DNA of 64,000 nt. Origin: Thermodesulfobacteriota bacterium (lineage in GTDB: Bacteria > Desulfobacterota > Desulfobacteria > Desulfobacterales > Desulfobacteraceae). The notes beneath the pieces are model-generated. The model was not told where the DNA came from, made no database searches, and saw only the letters and a list, made by a program, of their open reading frames with translations. Shown here in pieces: positions 47,455-57,036 of the stretch (within the stretch, counting starts at the first letter, position 1; each line of letters begins with the position of its first letter). A program made the translations under genes and the position numbers. The stretch covers positions 2,747 through 66,746 of the forward strand of contig JBDLIV010000001.1 in NCBI GenBank assembly GCA_039714675.1, written 5' to 3'.

Positions 47455-49023
47455 ATGTCTGAAAATTTTATCGGTATAATTGGAGCATTAAAAAGAAATT
47501 CCAGGGATTTCCCTTTGCAGCGCGCAATTGTGTGCGAAGAAAAAATCCTCACATGGGAGGAAGTTCACAAGCAATCAAATCAGATCGCTAACAAGCTTCT
47601 TTCAGCAGGTTATTGTAAAGGCGACCGGGCAGCAGTCCTGTCTGGTAACTGCATTGAATATTACCTGTTTTTACTGGGAGTGGTGAAAGCCGGTATGAGC
47701 ATTGTACCCATTCCTGTTATGACCTCGGTTGAAGCAGCTTCCACAATGCTGTCTGATTCTTGTGCACAAGTTTTAATTGTATCGGAATCAACCTGTGAAA
47801 AAGTTGAGTCAATACTTGAATCAATGGCTGATTGTCCGGTCAAACTGTGTCTTGGATTTGATTTTAAATCGGATAACTGGAATAATCTTACAGAGTGGAT
47901 AAAAGGAAGCAGCACGGCTGAGCCTGATTGTGATATTCACCCGGAAGATGAATTCAATATTATTTACAGTTCAGGAACAACAGGCCAACCCAAAGGTATT
48001 ATTCACTCTCATGCTTTCAGGGCAGGTGATGCAGAAGAGATGGCATCATCAGAGTCAGAAGACAAGAATATTACAGTAATCACAACTGCGCTGTATTCAA
48101 ACTATAGTGTTTATGCTTTTCTGGCTGCTCTTCAGGACGGCGGAACTGCAATATTAATGTCAAAATATAATGGCCTTAAGTTTCTTGAAATCTGTGAAAA
48201 AGAGCATCCCACAGATGTGTTCCTTGTACCGGTTCAGATCGAAAGGCTTTTGAACATGCCCGAGTTTGGCAATTACTCTTTGGGTGAAAAAAACATGAAG
48301 TGGATTGCCGGTTCCCCTTTATCCATAATAAGAAAAAAAGAGGTTCTGGAACTATGGCCCGGCGGCCTGACGGAATTGTACGGAATGACCGAGGGTACTC
48401 CAAGCACTTCCCTGGAGGCCCATCTTCACCCGGATAAACTGGAGTCGGTAGGATGTCCTGCTTCTGATACTATTATAAAAATTCTTGATGACAACGACAT
48501 TGAATTGCCGACAGGAGAAATCGGAGAAATTGTGGGTCATGGGCCCACAATGATGACCAGATATAATAATTTGCCAAAAGAAACTTCTGAGCTTGTTTGG
48601 CAGGATAAAGGCGGGCTGTCTTACTTTCGCTCCGGTGATCTGGGTTATCTGGATGAAGACGGATTCCTTTATATTTCCGGCCGTAAAAAAGATATGATTA
48701 TTTCCGGTGGCTTTAACATATACCCGATTGATATTGAAGAAGTGCTCTTAAAACATGACAGTGTCAAGGAGGCAGCAGTGATCGGCGTGCCATGCCCGGA
48801 CTGGGGAGAAACCCCCATGGCTTTGATAGTGTTGAAACAAGGACAAAATGAGACAAAAGAAGATCTGTTGGCATGGACAAATCAACGCCTTGGACGTCTG
48901 CAACAAATTCGTTTAATGAAGTCTGTTGACTTTTTGCCGCGCAATTCTCTTGGAAAAGTTTTAAAAAAAGATCTGGTTAAACAATATGAATCGTTTGCTG
49001 TCCAGGAAGATGCAAAACAATAA
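47455..49023 (+). CDS. AMP-dependent acyl-CoA synthetase
   Basis: YSSGTTGQPKG, YGMTE, SGDLG, GRKKDMI, PRNSLGKV. Confidence 0.92.
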   Translation: MSENFIGIIGALKRNSRDFPLQRAIVCEEKILTWEEVHKQSNQIANKLLSAGYCKGDRAAVLSGNCIEYYLFLLGVVKAGMSIVPIPVMTSVEAASTMLSDSCAQVLIVSESTCEKVESILESMADCPVKLCLGFDFKSDNWNNLTEWIKGSSTAEPDCDIHPEDEFNIIYSSGTTGQPKGIIHSHAFRAGDAEEMASSESEDKNITVITTALYSNYSVYAFLAALQDGGTAILMSKYNGLKFLEICEKEHPTDVFLVPVQIERLLNMPEFGNYSLGEKNMKWIAGSPLSIIRKKEVLELWPGGLTELYGMTEGTPSTSLEAHLHPDKLESVGCPASDTIIKILDDNDIELPTGEIGEIVGHGPTMMTRYNNLPKETSELVWQDKGGLSYFRSGDLGYLDEDGFLYISGRKKDMIISGGFNIYPIDIEEVLLKHDSVKEAAVIGVPCPDWGETPMALIVLKQGQNETKEDLLAWTNQRLGRLQQIRLMKSVDFLPRNSLGKVLKKDLVKQYESFAVQEDAKQ

Positions 49024-49118
49024 ACAAAATAAATATGGGCACTGACCAAACATTTACATTATATGCCGAATATTTATCTTTTAAAGATCAGAATTTTATT
49101 ATTTATTAGGAATAAGTC

Positions 49119-51113
49119 ATGAACCAAGCTTCAAAAGAGTTTCAAGTCAGAAATGAAATTACGGAAGACTTGATGTGGGATTTTATAGGAGACCTCGGTC
49201 CACAAGGTAAAGCCGCTGTGTACTGGGCTGGCAGAACAAAAGACGACCGTCCGCCCGGGAGCGATGCTTTATGGTATGATACTGCCCCTTTTAAAAATAC
49301 CATGGAAAATAAACGCTATCCCGGAAGGGTTCAGGAAAAACATCTCTATCTGACAATGTCTGATGGAGCTGAAATTGCCATCTCCGTTTATCTGCCAAAC
49401 AAAGTTGAAAATATAGAAAAGCTGCCAACGCTGGTCAATCAAACCTGCTATGGGCGTGTTCATAAAATCCGTCCGCCGTACAATAAAATTCTTACGGGTG
49501 CGCCTTATTACATTGATTATATTGTTCCCCGAGGATACGCCTATGTGATGGTGGATGTCCGCGGTACAGGTGCATCCAGCGGAGACAGACCGGCAAACAG
49601 GACTAAAAGTGAAAATGATGATGCCTATGAAATAGCGGAATGGATCATATCACAGCCCTGGTCTAACGGCAGAATCGGTTTGGAAGGAGTTTCCTATATG
49701 GGCGTATCGTCATATATGTCATTAGCGGTCAGGCACCCCGCGATAGTTGCTGCTGTCCCCCAGTTTGCCTTTACCGATGTTTATGATGAATTCACTCATC
49801 CCGGCGGTGTGTTCTGCGAACGGCTTGTTAAAATGTGGAGTGCAAATGTCCATCAGCTTGTCAATGCCGGGGAAGAAACAGGTGACTGGTTTTCTGATCT
49901 GCTTTCCCTTGGTGTAATGCCTGTTGATGAAGATAAAGACAGCTCAAAATTAAAAAAGGTGGTTGCCGGGCATAAAATTAATGGTGACACCTATGAAATG
50001 ACAAAGGTTGCTTCATTCAGGGACAGTGAAATTCCAGGGCTGAAAGAGCAAGGTTTCTCTTTTACCCATGTAGAGAATACCCCTGCCTATTATATTGAAG
50101 ATGTAGAAAAATCAGGTGCAGCAATTTACAGTATAGGCGGCTGGTTTGACGGTGCTTTTCTCCGGGGTACGGTTGCAAGATTCCACATACATAATAACAA
50201 CGGCAAACATAAACTTGTCATTGGCCCATGGGATCATGGCGCAGGCCAGAATATCAGCCCCTGGAGTCCAAGTCGCCGTCCTGGCTCTTCACGTATTTTT
50301 GAGATGCTCCGTTTCTTTGATTTTCATTTAAAAGAAATTGATACCGGCGTTTATAGCGAACACCCTGTGCATTATTTTACAATGGGCGAAGAAAAATGGA
50401 AAGCATCAGCAGAATGGCCGCCGGCAGAGTCACAGAATACAGCATTTTATTTTTCTGAAAATAACAAATTGACCAAAATCTTTCCAAATGCTGATATAGA
50501 TAAGGATATGGTTTTTGATGAGTACCAGGTTGATTTTTCTGCTTCCAGCGGCATGTATAACCGCTGGCATACCATCTGTAATCTTGGTGATGCAGAAAAT
50601 CCGGCTGTGGATATTGGCTATCCCAAGCGAAACGAGCAGCAGGCATGTCTGTTGACCTATACCACGCCTACTTTGGCAGAAAACATGGAAGTCACAGGGC
50701 ATCCTGTAGTAAATATTCAAATGGCATGTACCACCCCTGATTGCGCTGTTTTTGTCTATCTTGAAGATGTTGGGCCAGAAGGCGATGTGGTTTATGTGAC
50801 AGAAGGGGTCTTGCGTGCATCACGGCGCAAGTTATCAGAACCACCATATCCAATGCTTGTTCCCTACCACTCGCATTTAAAGAACGACAGTGCAGACATT
50901 GAGCAAGGAGAGATAGTCGAGCTTGTAATAGAAATGCTGCCTACGTCGTATCAGTTTAAAAAAGGACGTTCAATCAGGATAAGTATTGCAGGTGCGGACA
51001 GCGAGACTTTTGAGCGAGTTCCGGCAGGTGATGCAATCCCTGTTTTTACCATATATCGTAATTCAATTAACCCTTCACATATTAATTTGCCAATAATGGC
51101 AAATAGTAAATAA
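49119..51113 (+). CDS. CocE/NonD-family serine hydrolase (S15)
   Basis: DVRGTGAS, WIISQPWSNGRIG, GVSY, GGWFD, IGPWDH. Confidence 0.92.
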   Translation: MNQASKEFQVRNEITEDLMWDFIGDLGPQGKAAVYWAGRTKDDRPPGSDALWYDTAPFKNTMENKRYPGRVQEKHLYLTMSDGAEIAISVYLPNKVENIEKLPTLVNQTCYGRVHKIRPPYNKILTGAPYYIDYIVPRGYAYVMVDVRGTGASSGDRPANRTKSENDDAYEIAEWIISQPWSNGRIGLEGVSYMGVSSYMSLAVRHPAIVAAVPQFAFTDVYDEFTHPGGVFCERLVKMWSANVHQLVNAGEETGDWFSDLLSLGVMPVDEDKDSSKLKKVVAGHKINGDTYEMTKVASFRDSEIPGLKEQGFSFTHVENTPAYYIEDVEKSGAAIYSIGGWFDGAFLRGTVARFHIHNNNGKHKLVIGPWDHGAGQNISPWSPSRRPGSSRIFEMLRFFDFHLKEIDTGVYSEHPVHYFTMGEEKWKASAEWPPAESQNTAFYFSENNKLTKIFPNADIDKDMVFDEYQVDFSASSGMYNRWHTICNLGDAENPAVDIGYPKRNEQQACLLTYTTPTLAENMEVTGHPVVNIQMACTTPDCAVFVYLEDVGPEGDVVYVTEGVLRASRRKLSEPPYPMLVPYHSHLKNDSADIEQGEIVELVIEMLPTSYQFKKGRSIRISIAGADSETFERVPAGDAIPVFTIYRNSINPSHINLPIMANSK

Positions 51114-51133
51114 CTTATAACAGGAAAATTATT

Positions 51134-52528
51134 ATGATGAATAAAGTTTCATTCCCATTGCTTTCGGTTTATTCTCTACCGGTACTATCAACTATTATGT
51201 TTGTGTTGCCACTGGGATCAATTATGCCTGCCTATTATTCAGAGCATACATCAATCACCATGGCTTCAATCGGGATGATTCTCGTTGTTTCCAGAATTAT
51301 CGATGCAATCACTGATCCCATTATCGGATATCTTTCAGATCGAACAAAAACACCCATTGGCCGACGTAAACCATGGATGATTGCCGGGGGTATTCTGGCT
51401 ATGATATGTGCACGCCCTCTTTTTATTCCACCGCCTGATGCCGGAATATTCTATTTTGCATTCTGGTCTATCTGCGCCTACCAGGCCTGGACACTGATAT
51501 CCATCCCCCACAATGCCTGGGCCAGTGAACTGAGCACTGATTACGTCACAAAATCCAAGGTATTTGCATTTCGAAACATGACCGGCAGTGTTGGATCTTT
51601 TTTCTTACTGCTGATGCCTCTGGCATTATATCCCATAACCAAAACTACGGCAATGGGACCGGAAAACATGTATTTTCTTCCATGGATCATTATTATTTGC
51701 ACTCCGATATTTATTCTTTTGCCTATATTTTTTGTGTCAGAGGGAGAATATGTTTCCACACAGGCGGCAGGCTCACTTTTTGATTCCTTTAAGGCCATAA
51801 AAGGGAACAAACTGTTCTGGAAATTCATGATTGTTTCTGTCACATCCGGCCTGGCAACAGGTATTGATCTGTCTCTTTATTTTCTTGTTATGGATAATTA
51901 TTTAAAACTTGGCGAACAATTTTCCATGCTTACAGCAGTATATACAATGTCTGCTATTGTTTTTATGCCTTTCTGGATAAAAATGGTTAAAAAATTCGGC
52001 AAACCCCGCCCGTGGGCTCTTGCCATGATGGCACGTATCCTGATTTTTCCCATGATGCTGTTAATTGAACCGGGTCCATCTGCGCTAATTCCCTTCTTCC
52101 TGGTTTCACTGTTTAACGGCTTTGTTGGCAGCTGCTCTCTGGTTGTTCCTCACTCTATGGTGTCAGATATTGTTGATGTGGATCTTTTAAAAACAGGCGT
52201 AAACAAAACTGCTAATTATTTTGCTATTCTGGGATTTGTATCAAAAGCAAATATGGCCATAGGCGGTGGGCTTGCATTCCTGCTTTTATCTATGTTTGGC
52301 TATGATGCAAAAGCTGTAGTAAACGAAAGCTTTGCCAATATCGGTCTTATGATCTCCTATGCAGGAATACCAGGGGTTGTTGCAGTGATTGCCGGTCTGG
52401 TTATCTGGAACTTTCCATTAGATGCAAAACAGCACGCCATCATCAGGCGCAAAATCGAAGAAAGAGAGGAACAGGCTAAAAATAAAGTTTCAGTACAAAA
52501 ATCAAATGGTTCACAGGAAACGGCGTAA
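51134..52528 (+). CDS. MFS transporter, GPH/MelB family
   Basis: DAITDPIIGYLSDRTKT..GRRKPW; about 12 TM segments. Confidence 0.9.
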   Translation: MMNKVSFPLLSVYSLPVLSTIMFVLPLGSIMPAYYSEHTSITMASIGMILVVSRIIDAITDPIIGYLSDRTKTPIGRRKPWMIAGGILAMICARPLFIPPPDAGIFYFAFWSICAYQAWTLISIPHNAWASELSTDYVTKSKVFAFRNMTGSVGSFFLLLMPLALYPITKTTAMGPENMYFLPWIIIICTPIFILLPIFFVSEGEYVSTQAAGSLFDSFKAIKGNKLFWKFMIVSVTSGLATGIDLSLYFLVMDNYLKLGEQFSMLTAVYTMSAIVFMPFWIKMVKKFGKPRPWALAMMARILIFPMMLLIEPGPSALIPFFLVSLFNGFVGSCSLVVPHSMVSDIVDVDLLKTGVNKTANYFAILGFVSKANMAIGGGLAFLLLSMFGYDAKAVVNESFANIGLMISYAGIPGVVAVIAGLVIWNFPLDAKQHAIIRRKIEEREEQAKNKVSVQKSNGSQETA

Positions 52529-52539
52529 GATATGGTGGA

Positions 52540-53829
52540 ATGAATTTGTTTAAAAATAAAATTATGTTGACCATTGTTCTTACTGTCTGTGTAAGTATTA
52601 TGCCCCAACTTTTTTTTAAGAATGGATTTTTACTTTCATATTTTTTAAAAATTGGATTTAAAAGTTCAGATGTCTTAATACTTCTGACACTGCCTGCAGG
52701 TATCATGTTTTTTATATCAATTCCGTTTGCCTATTTTGCTGACAGATACGGCAAAAAGAGAATTGGAGTATCTGGAATTATTCTAACGATTATAGGTTTT
52801 TGTCTAATCATATCAGCTGGCTTTTTTGAACAGCAGATTGCAATCAAATTCATTATCACAGGAATTGGTTTTTTCAGTATCGGGATATCAGCACTTTTAT
52901 CAGGATGGTTTGCTCTCTTAAGCCCCTTGATTTCGGAAGAAATTCGAGGGGCTTTTTTTGGCAACTTGCGGGTTTCCTGGCAGATTTGTGCTATTGCTTG
53001 TTCTTTTATCCTGACATTTATCCTGGAGAAGAATGCAGGTCTTGGTACCTATCAACTCATACTGGCTTTTTTTACATGCCTCCTTGTCCTTCAAATATTT
53101 CTTTATTTAAAAATTCCGGAAATTGAAAAAAATATATCTAAAAACAAATCTATTCTTGAGATAGCTGCCAGTATACCGGAAATTCCCGGGTATATGCCTT
53201 TTTGTGCATATTGTTTTTTAATAATGCTTGCAACAGGCACCTGGCCTGTCACAATGGGACTTCTTGAAAAAAATGTACTGGATTTTCCCGATGATGCCAT
53301 TGTGCATATGGGTACTATGCTTTTTTTGGGATCATTGATCGGCTTTTATGCAGGCGGAAAAATGGTGGATAAATTTGGAACAAAAATGGTTTTTCTCATG
53401 GTTCATTTTTTATATTTTATATTTTTATTTCTGGTAATATTAAGGGATTTAGTCCCTGTTGCCCTGGTAAACTATTTCGGTTTTCTTACGTTCAGCCTCG
53501 GTCTTATTCAAGCATCATCATCAATTGCAATTACATCTGAAATGATGGCACTGGCACCTGTAAAACATAAATCTGTTATTATTTCTCTTTGCATGACCCT
53601 TCAAGTAGGGGGAGCAGCCGTTTCCGGCATAGTCAGCGGTAAAATCATAGAGTACGGCGTTTTATCCGAAACCTGGCTCTTTAAGGGCTTGATATTAAGC
53701 AGCTACGACACGTTGATCCTGTTAAGTTCGATCATGGTTTTTGTGTTCATTGTCACTTTGAGCCTGATTCCTTCTGTTGTAAAAACAAAAAAAGTGCAAT
53801 GGGTGCCTCATTCTTCAAAAACTTTATAG
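52540..53829 (+). CDS. MFS transporter
   Basis: ADRYGKK and VDKFGTK loop motifs; about 12 TM segments. Confidence 0.85.
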   Translation: MNLFKNKIMLTIVLTVCVSIMPQLFFKNGFLLSYFLKIGFKSSDVLILLTLPAGIMFFISIPFAYFADRYGKKRIGVSGIILTIIGFCLIISAGFFEQQIAIKFIITGIGFFSIGISALLSGWFALLSPLISEEIRGAFFGNLRVSWQICAIACSFILTFILEKNAGLGTYQLILAFFTCLLVLQIFLYLKIPEIEKNISKNKSILEIAASIPEIPGYMPFCAYCFLIMLATGTWPVTMGLLEKNVLDFPDDAIVHMGTMLFLGSLIGFYAGGKMVDKFGTKMVFLMVHFLYFIFLFLVILRDLVPVALVNYFGFLTFSLGLIQASSSIAITSEMMALAPVKHKSVIISLCMTLQVGGAAVSGIVSGKIIEYGVLSETWLFKGLILSSYDTLILLSSIMVFVFIVTLSLIPSVVKTKKVQWVPHSSKTL

Positions 53830-53844
53830 ATAAACCGGCATGAG

Positions 53845-54519
53845 TCAGCCTGAAATATTTGTATTTGTAATGCTGGGCAAATTCATAATATAGGACATGA
53901 CCTTATCATGGGATTCTTCAATATGTTTGCGTACCTTTTTTTCCGCAGCCGCACCATTTTTATTTATCAGCGCATTTCTTATCTCTTTATGATCCCAACT
54001 CCAATGTTCCAGGTCAGGACTTGATGTAGCCATCAAATGATGGATGCGGTGATCTATCTCAACTAATTTTTTGAGCATATCCACTAATTGATTATTGCCA
54101 ACGGCCTTAACAATTTCCAAATGGAAATCTTTATTCGCCTTGTGTACTGCCAAGAAGGGTTTTTTCCCGGATGAATGATCCTTGACTGCGGCACTAAAAA
54201 TCGAGTCAAGCTCAGCTAATTTTTCAGTATCCACCCTGCCTGCTGCAAGTTTAGCCGCAGGGGGCTCTAAAAAAATCCGTAACTGAAAAACATTTCTGAT
54301 GTCCTGGATGGTTACAGGGCTAATCATATGGCCTTTGCGCCCCATATTCTGCAAAAGTTTTTCGTGTTCAAGCTGTACGAGTACTGTGCGGGCCGGAGAT
54401 CTGCTGATATTATACTCTTTTTGTAAAAAATTCTCAGAAAGGTATTGTCCGGGCTTTAATTCCAAGGTTAGAATATCTGTATATATGCGGTCATAAGCAT
54501 CTTCTTTTAAAGATTTCAT
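53845..54519 (-). CDS. GntR-family (FCD) transcriptional regulator, paralogue 2
   Basis: Aligns over its full length with 23338..24036 (DILTLELKPGQYLSE, LQNMGRKGH, VDTEKLAELD). Confidence 0.92.
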   Translation of the reverse strand: MKSLKEDAYDRIYTDILTLELKPGQYLSENFLQKEYNISRSPARTVLVQLEHEKLLQNMGRKGHMISPVTIQDIRNVFQLRIFLEPPAAKLAAGRVDTEKLAELDSIFSAAVKDHSSGKKPFLAVHKANKDFHLEIVKAVGNNQLVDMLKKLVEIDHRIHHLMATSSPDLEHWSWDHKEIRNALINKNGAAAEKKVRKHIEESHDKVMSYIMNLPSITNTNISG

Positions 54520-54794
54520 TCTTGTTTTACTTTTCTTTTGCAGCTAAAGTTAACTTTTTAAATTGTTACCTAACATTTCATACTTTGAAAATTAAAATTT
54601 ATTATTTTGATACATAAATATTCTTGTGAAATGCTTTAGTCAATAAAAATATTTAGATTGTTAAATTCAGTCAGATATTCTTTTTCAAAATTTTTTTAAC
54701 ATTTCAAAATTTTTTTCTATAATATCCTTTAAAATAGGCATTATTGATTAATTATGGTATAATAATTTACTGGATTTTTTTTAATATTTTTTTC

Positions 54795-54829
54795 TTGACA
54801 TTTCAATATTGCAAATATTAACATGCTAA
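54795..54829 (+). promoter_or_regulatory. Paired operator boxes upstream of the ABC operon
   Basis: TTGACATTTCAA-N11-TTAACATGCTAA. Further single boxes at 54696-54707 (TTAACATTTCAA) and 54570-54581 (CTAACATTTCAT), towards gntR paralogue 2. Confidence 0.68.
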
Positions 54830-54998
54830 ATATTTTGTTGGTTTACCGATATTAAAGGCGTGCTAAAAAATTAGTAGAACAAAGTTGCTTTGCTAACAGC
54901 GTTTTTTAAATAAAATTTTAACAAGGAGGTGATGCCCGGATAGTCTATGAAACAAACTGGAAGGTATTTTTAAAATTTTATATTAGGAGGTATTACCC

Positions 54999-55973
54999 AT
55001 GAAAAAAGGATTATTTAGTATCATTTTGACAATAGTACTGACAGGAATGTTTTTAACACCTGTTATGGCTAAAACCTATAAAATCGGCGTGACCCAGATA
55101 ATTTCGCATCCTGCCATTGATGCTGCTCGAAAAGGATTTTATGATCAGATGGCCGAGGAAGGGTTTAGCAAGGGGAAAAACATCGCTTATGATTTTTTAA
55201 ATGCTGAAGGAGATATGACTTTAGTGGCATCCATCCCCAAAAAATTTGTAACAGAGAAAAAGGATTTGATTTACAGTATTTCTACTGTAAGTACTCAAGG
55301 CGCTGTAGCTGCTGCAAAGGGCACTAAGATTCCGATTATTTTCAGCGCTTTGACCGACCCTGTAGCAGCCAAAGTGGTTGACAGCTGGGATAAACCCGGT
55401 GGCACCTGTACCGGAGCGAGTGATTGGGTTGAAATAAGTCCTCAATTAAAACTTTTTAAAGAAATATTACCTGGTATTAAGAGGCTGGGTACTATTTATA
55501 ACGCAGGTGAAGCAAATTCAGTTGTGCAGATCAAAGAACTTAAAAAAGCTGCTGCGGATTTTGGGATTACTAAAATTATTGAAGCAACAGCAGCTACTAC
55601 TGCCGATGTTTATGCTGCTGCAAATTCACTCATCGGTCGGGTTGATGCCATATGGGTTCCTACTGACAGCACAGTGGTGTCTTCGCTAGGCTCTGTTTTG
55701 AAAATATGTGAGGCTAATAAAATACCACTTTTTGCTGCAGAGGGAAGTGTTGTTGAAAAGGGCGCAATTTGTGCTGTTGGGTTTAGCTATTATGAATTAG
55801 GCAAAATGGCCGGCAAGATAGCCGTTCGTGTACTCAAGGGCGAGAATCCAGGAGATATCCCTGTTGTTAAAGCTCCATTGACAGATCTTTTCATCAACCT
55901 GTCAGCAGCTGAACGAATGGATGTAGACATTCCTCAATCAGTATTAAACCGGGCTACTAAAACGATAAAATAA
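54999..55973 (+). CDS. ABC transporter substrate-binding protein (TrpX/aromatic amino acid-like family)
   Basis: Signal peptide, QIISHPAIDA, NAEGD, ALTDP, YNAGEANS, PTDSTV. Confidence 0.88.
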   Translation: MKKGLFSIILTIVLTGMFLTPVMAKTYKIGVTQIISHPAIDAARKGFYDQMAEEGFSKGKNIAYDFLNAEGDMTLVASIPKKFVTEKKDLIYSISTVSTQGAVAAAKGTKIPIIFSALTDPVAAKVVDSWDKPGGTCTGASDWVEISPQLKLFKEILPGIKRLGTIYNAGEANSVVQIKELKKAAADFGITKIIEATAATTADVYAAANSLIGRVDAIWVPTDSTVVSSLGSVLKICEANKIPLFAAEGSVVEKGAICAVGFSYYELGKMAGKIAVRVLKGENPGDIPVVKAPLTDLFINLSAAERMDVDIPQSVLNRATKTIK

Positions 55974-56112
55974 ATGAATAGGGATGGAAGATATTCCATG
56001 CCGCTAAGTCTTGGCCTGTTGTCTTTCGACTGAAAGACAATGTTCAATATCTTTAATAAAATAACAGAGCTATCAGGCAGGCATGGAATTCCCGCCATCA
56101 TAGGAGGAATGC

Positions 56113-57024
56113 GTGGATATAATTGGTAATATACTTGGTTTTTCACTATATGAAGGGCTTGTCTATGGCCTCGTTGCTATCGGCGTTTATCTGACTTTGC
56201 GGGTCTTAGCTTTTCCCGACCTCACTGTTGACGGAAGCTACGCTCTAGGTGGTGCTACCACTGCTGTGCTTTTAGTGAAAGGCTTTAATCCTTTTATTGG
56301 CGTTTTAGCAGCTATGCTGGTTGGTTTATGTGCCGGAGCTCTCACCGCCATTCTTAATACCACACTGAGACTGCCTGCTCTGCTGGCTGGGATTCTAATG
56401 ATGGTTGGACTCTATTCGGTAAATCTTAGAATTATGGGAGGAGCCAATATTTCACTGCTGCGAGAATCGACTATTTTTGATCAGGTTGGAGGGGTTTTAA
56501 AGCTAGGTGTCGGGAATATCTATCTGTCCATTATCGTTGCTTTATTGATCATCATCATTGTTGTTTCAATGTTAATTTGGTTTTTGCGGACTGAATTCGG
56601 TTTAGGGCTCAGGGCCACAGGAGATAATGAAGAAATGGTTCGTGGTCTTGGTTCTAATACAAATATTAATTTAATCATAGGGGTTGCAATTGCAAACGGT
56701 CTTGTGGCCACAGCAGGTGCAGTGGTAGCCCAGAGCCAGGGCTTTGCCGATGTTGGGATGGGGATAGGAATGGTTGTTATAGGACTTGCCTCCGTCATCA
56801 TCGGAGAAACATTATTACATCCGCGGAGAGTAGCTGGATTATTGTTGGCTGCAGTAGTTGGGGCTTTTATATATCGTCTTATTATTACTGTTGCTCTCAG
56901 GTTAGGAATGCCGCCAGGTGATTTAAAATTGGTCACATCTGTTTTGGTGGTTGCTGCCATGGCGATTCCATACATTAAGAAACGAATCCGTAATGAATGG
57001 ATACCGCCCGCAGAAAGGTGGTAG
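56113..57024 (+). CDS. ABC transporter permease
   Basis: FPDLTVDGS, LLAGIL, LRATGDN, FADVGMGIG; GTG start after AGGAGG. Confidence 0.9.
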   Translation: MDIIGNILGFSLYEGLVYGLVAIGVYLTLRVLAFPDLTVDGSYALGGATTAVLLVKGFNPFIGVLAAMLVGLCAGALTAILNTTLRLPALLAGILMMVGLYSVNLRIMGGANISLLRESTIFDQVGGVLKLGVGNIYLSIIVALLIIIIVVSMLIWFLRTEFGLGLRATGDNEEMVRGLGSNTNINLIIGVAIANGLVATAGAVVAQSQGFADVGMGIGMVVIGLASVIIGETLLHPRRVAGLLLAAVVGAFIYRLIITVALRLGMPPGDLKLVTSVLVVAAMAIPYIKKRIRNEWIPPAERW

Positions 57025-57036
57025 GAGGTTAATCAA

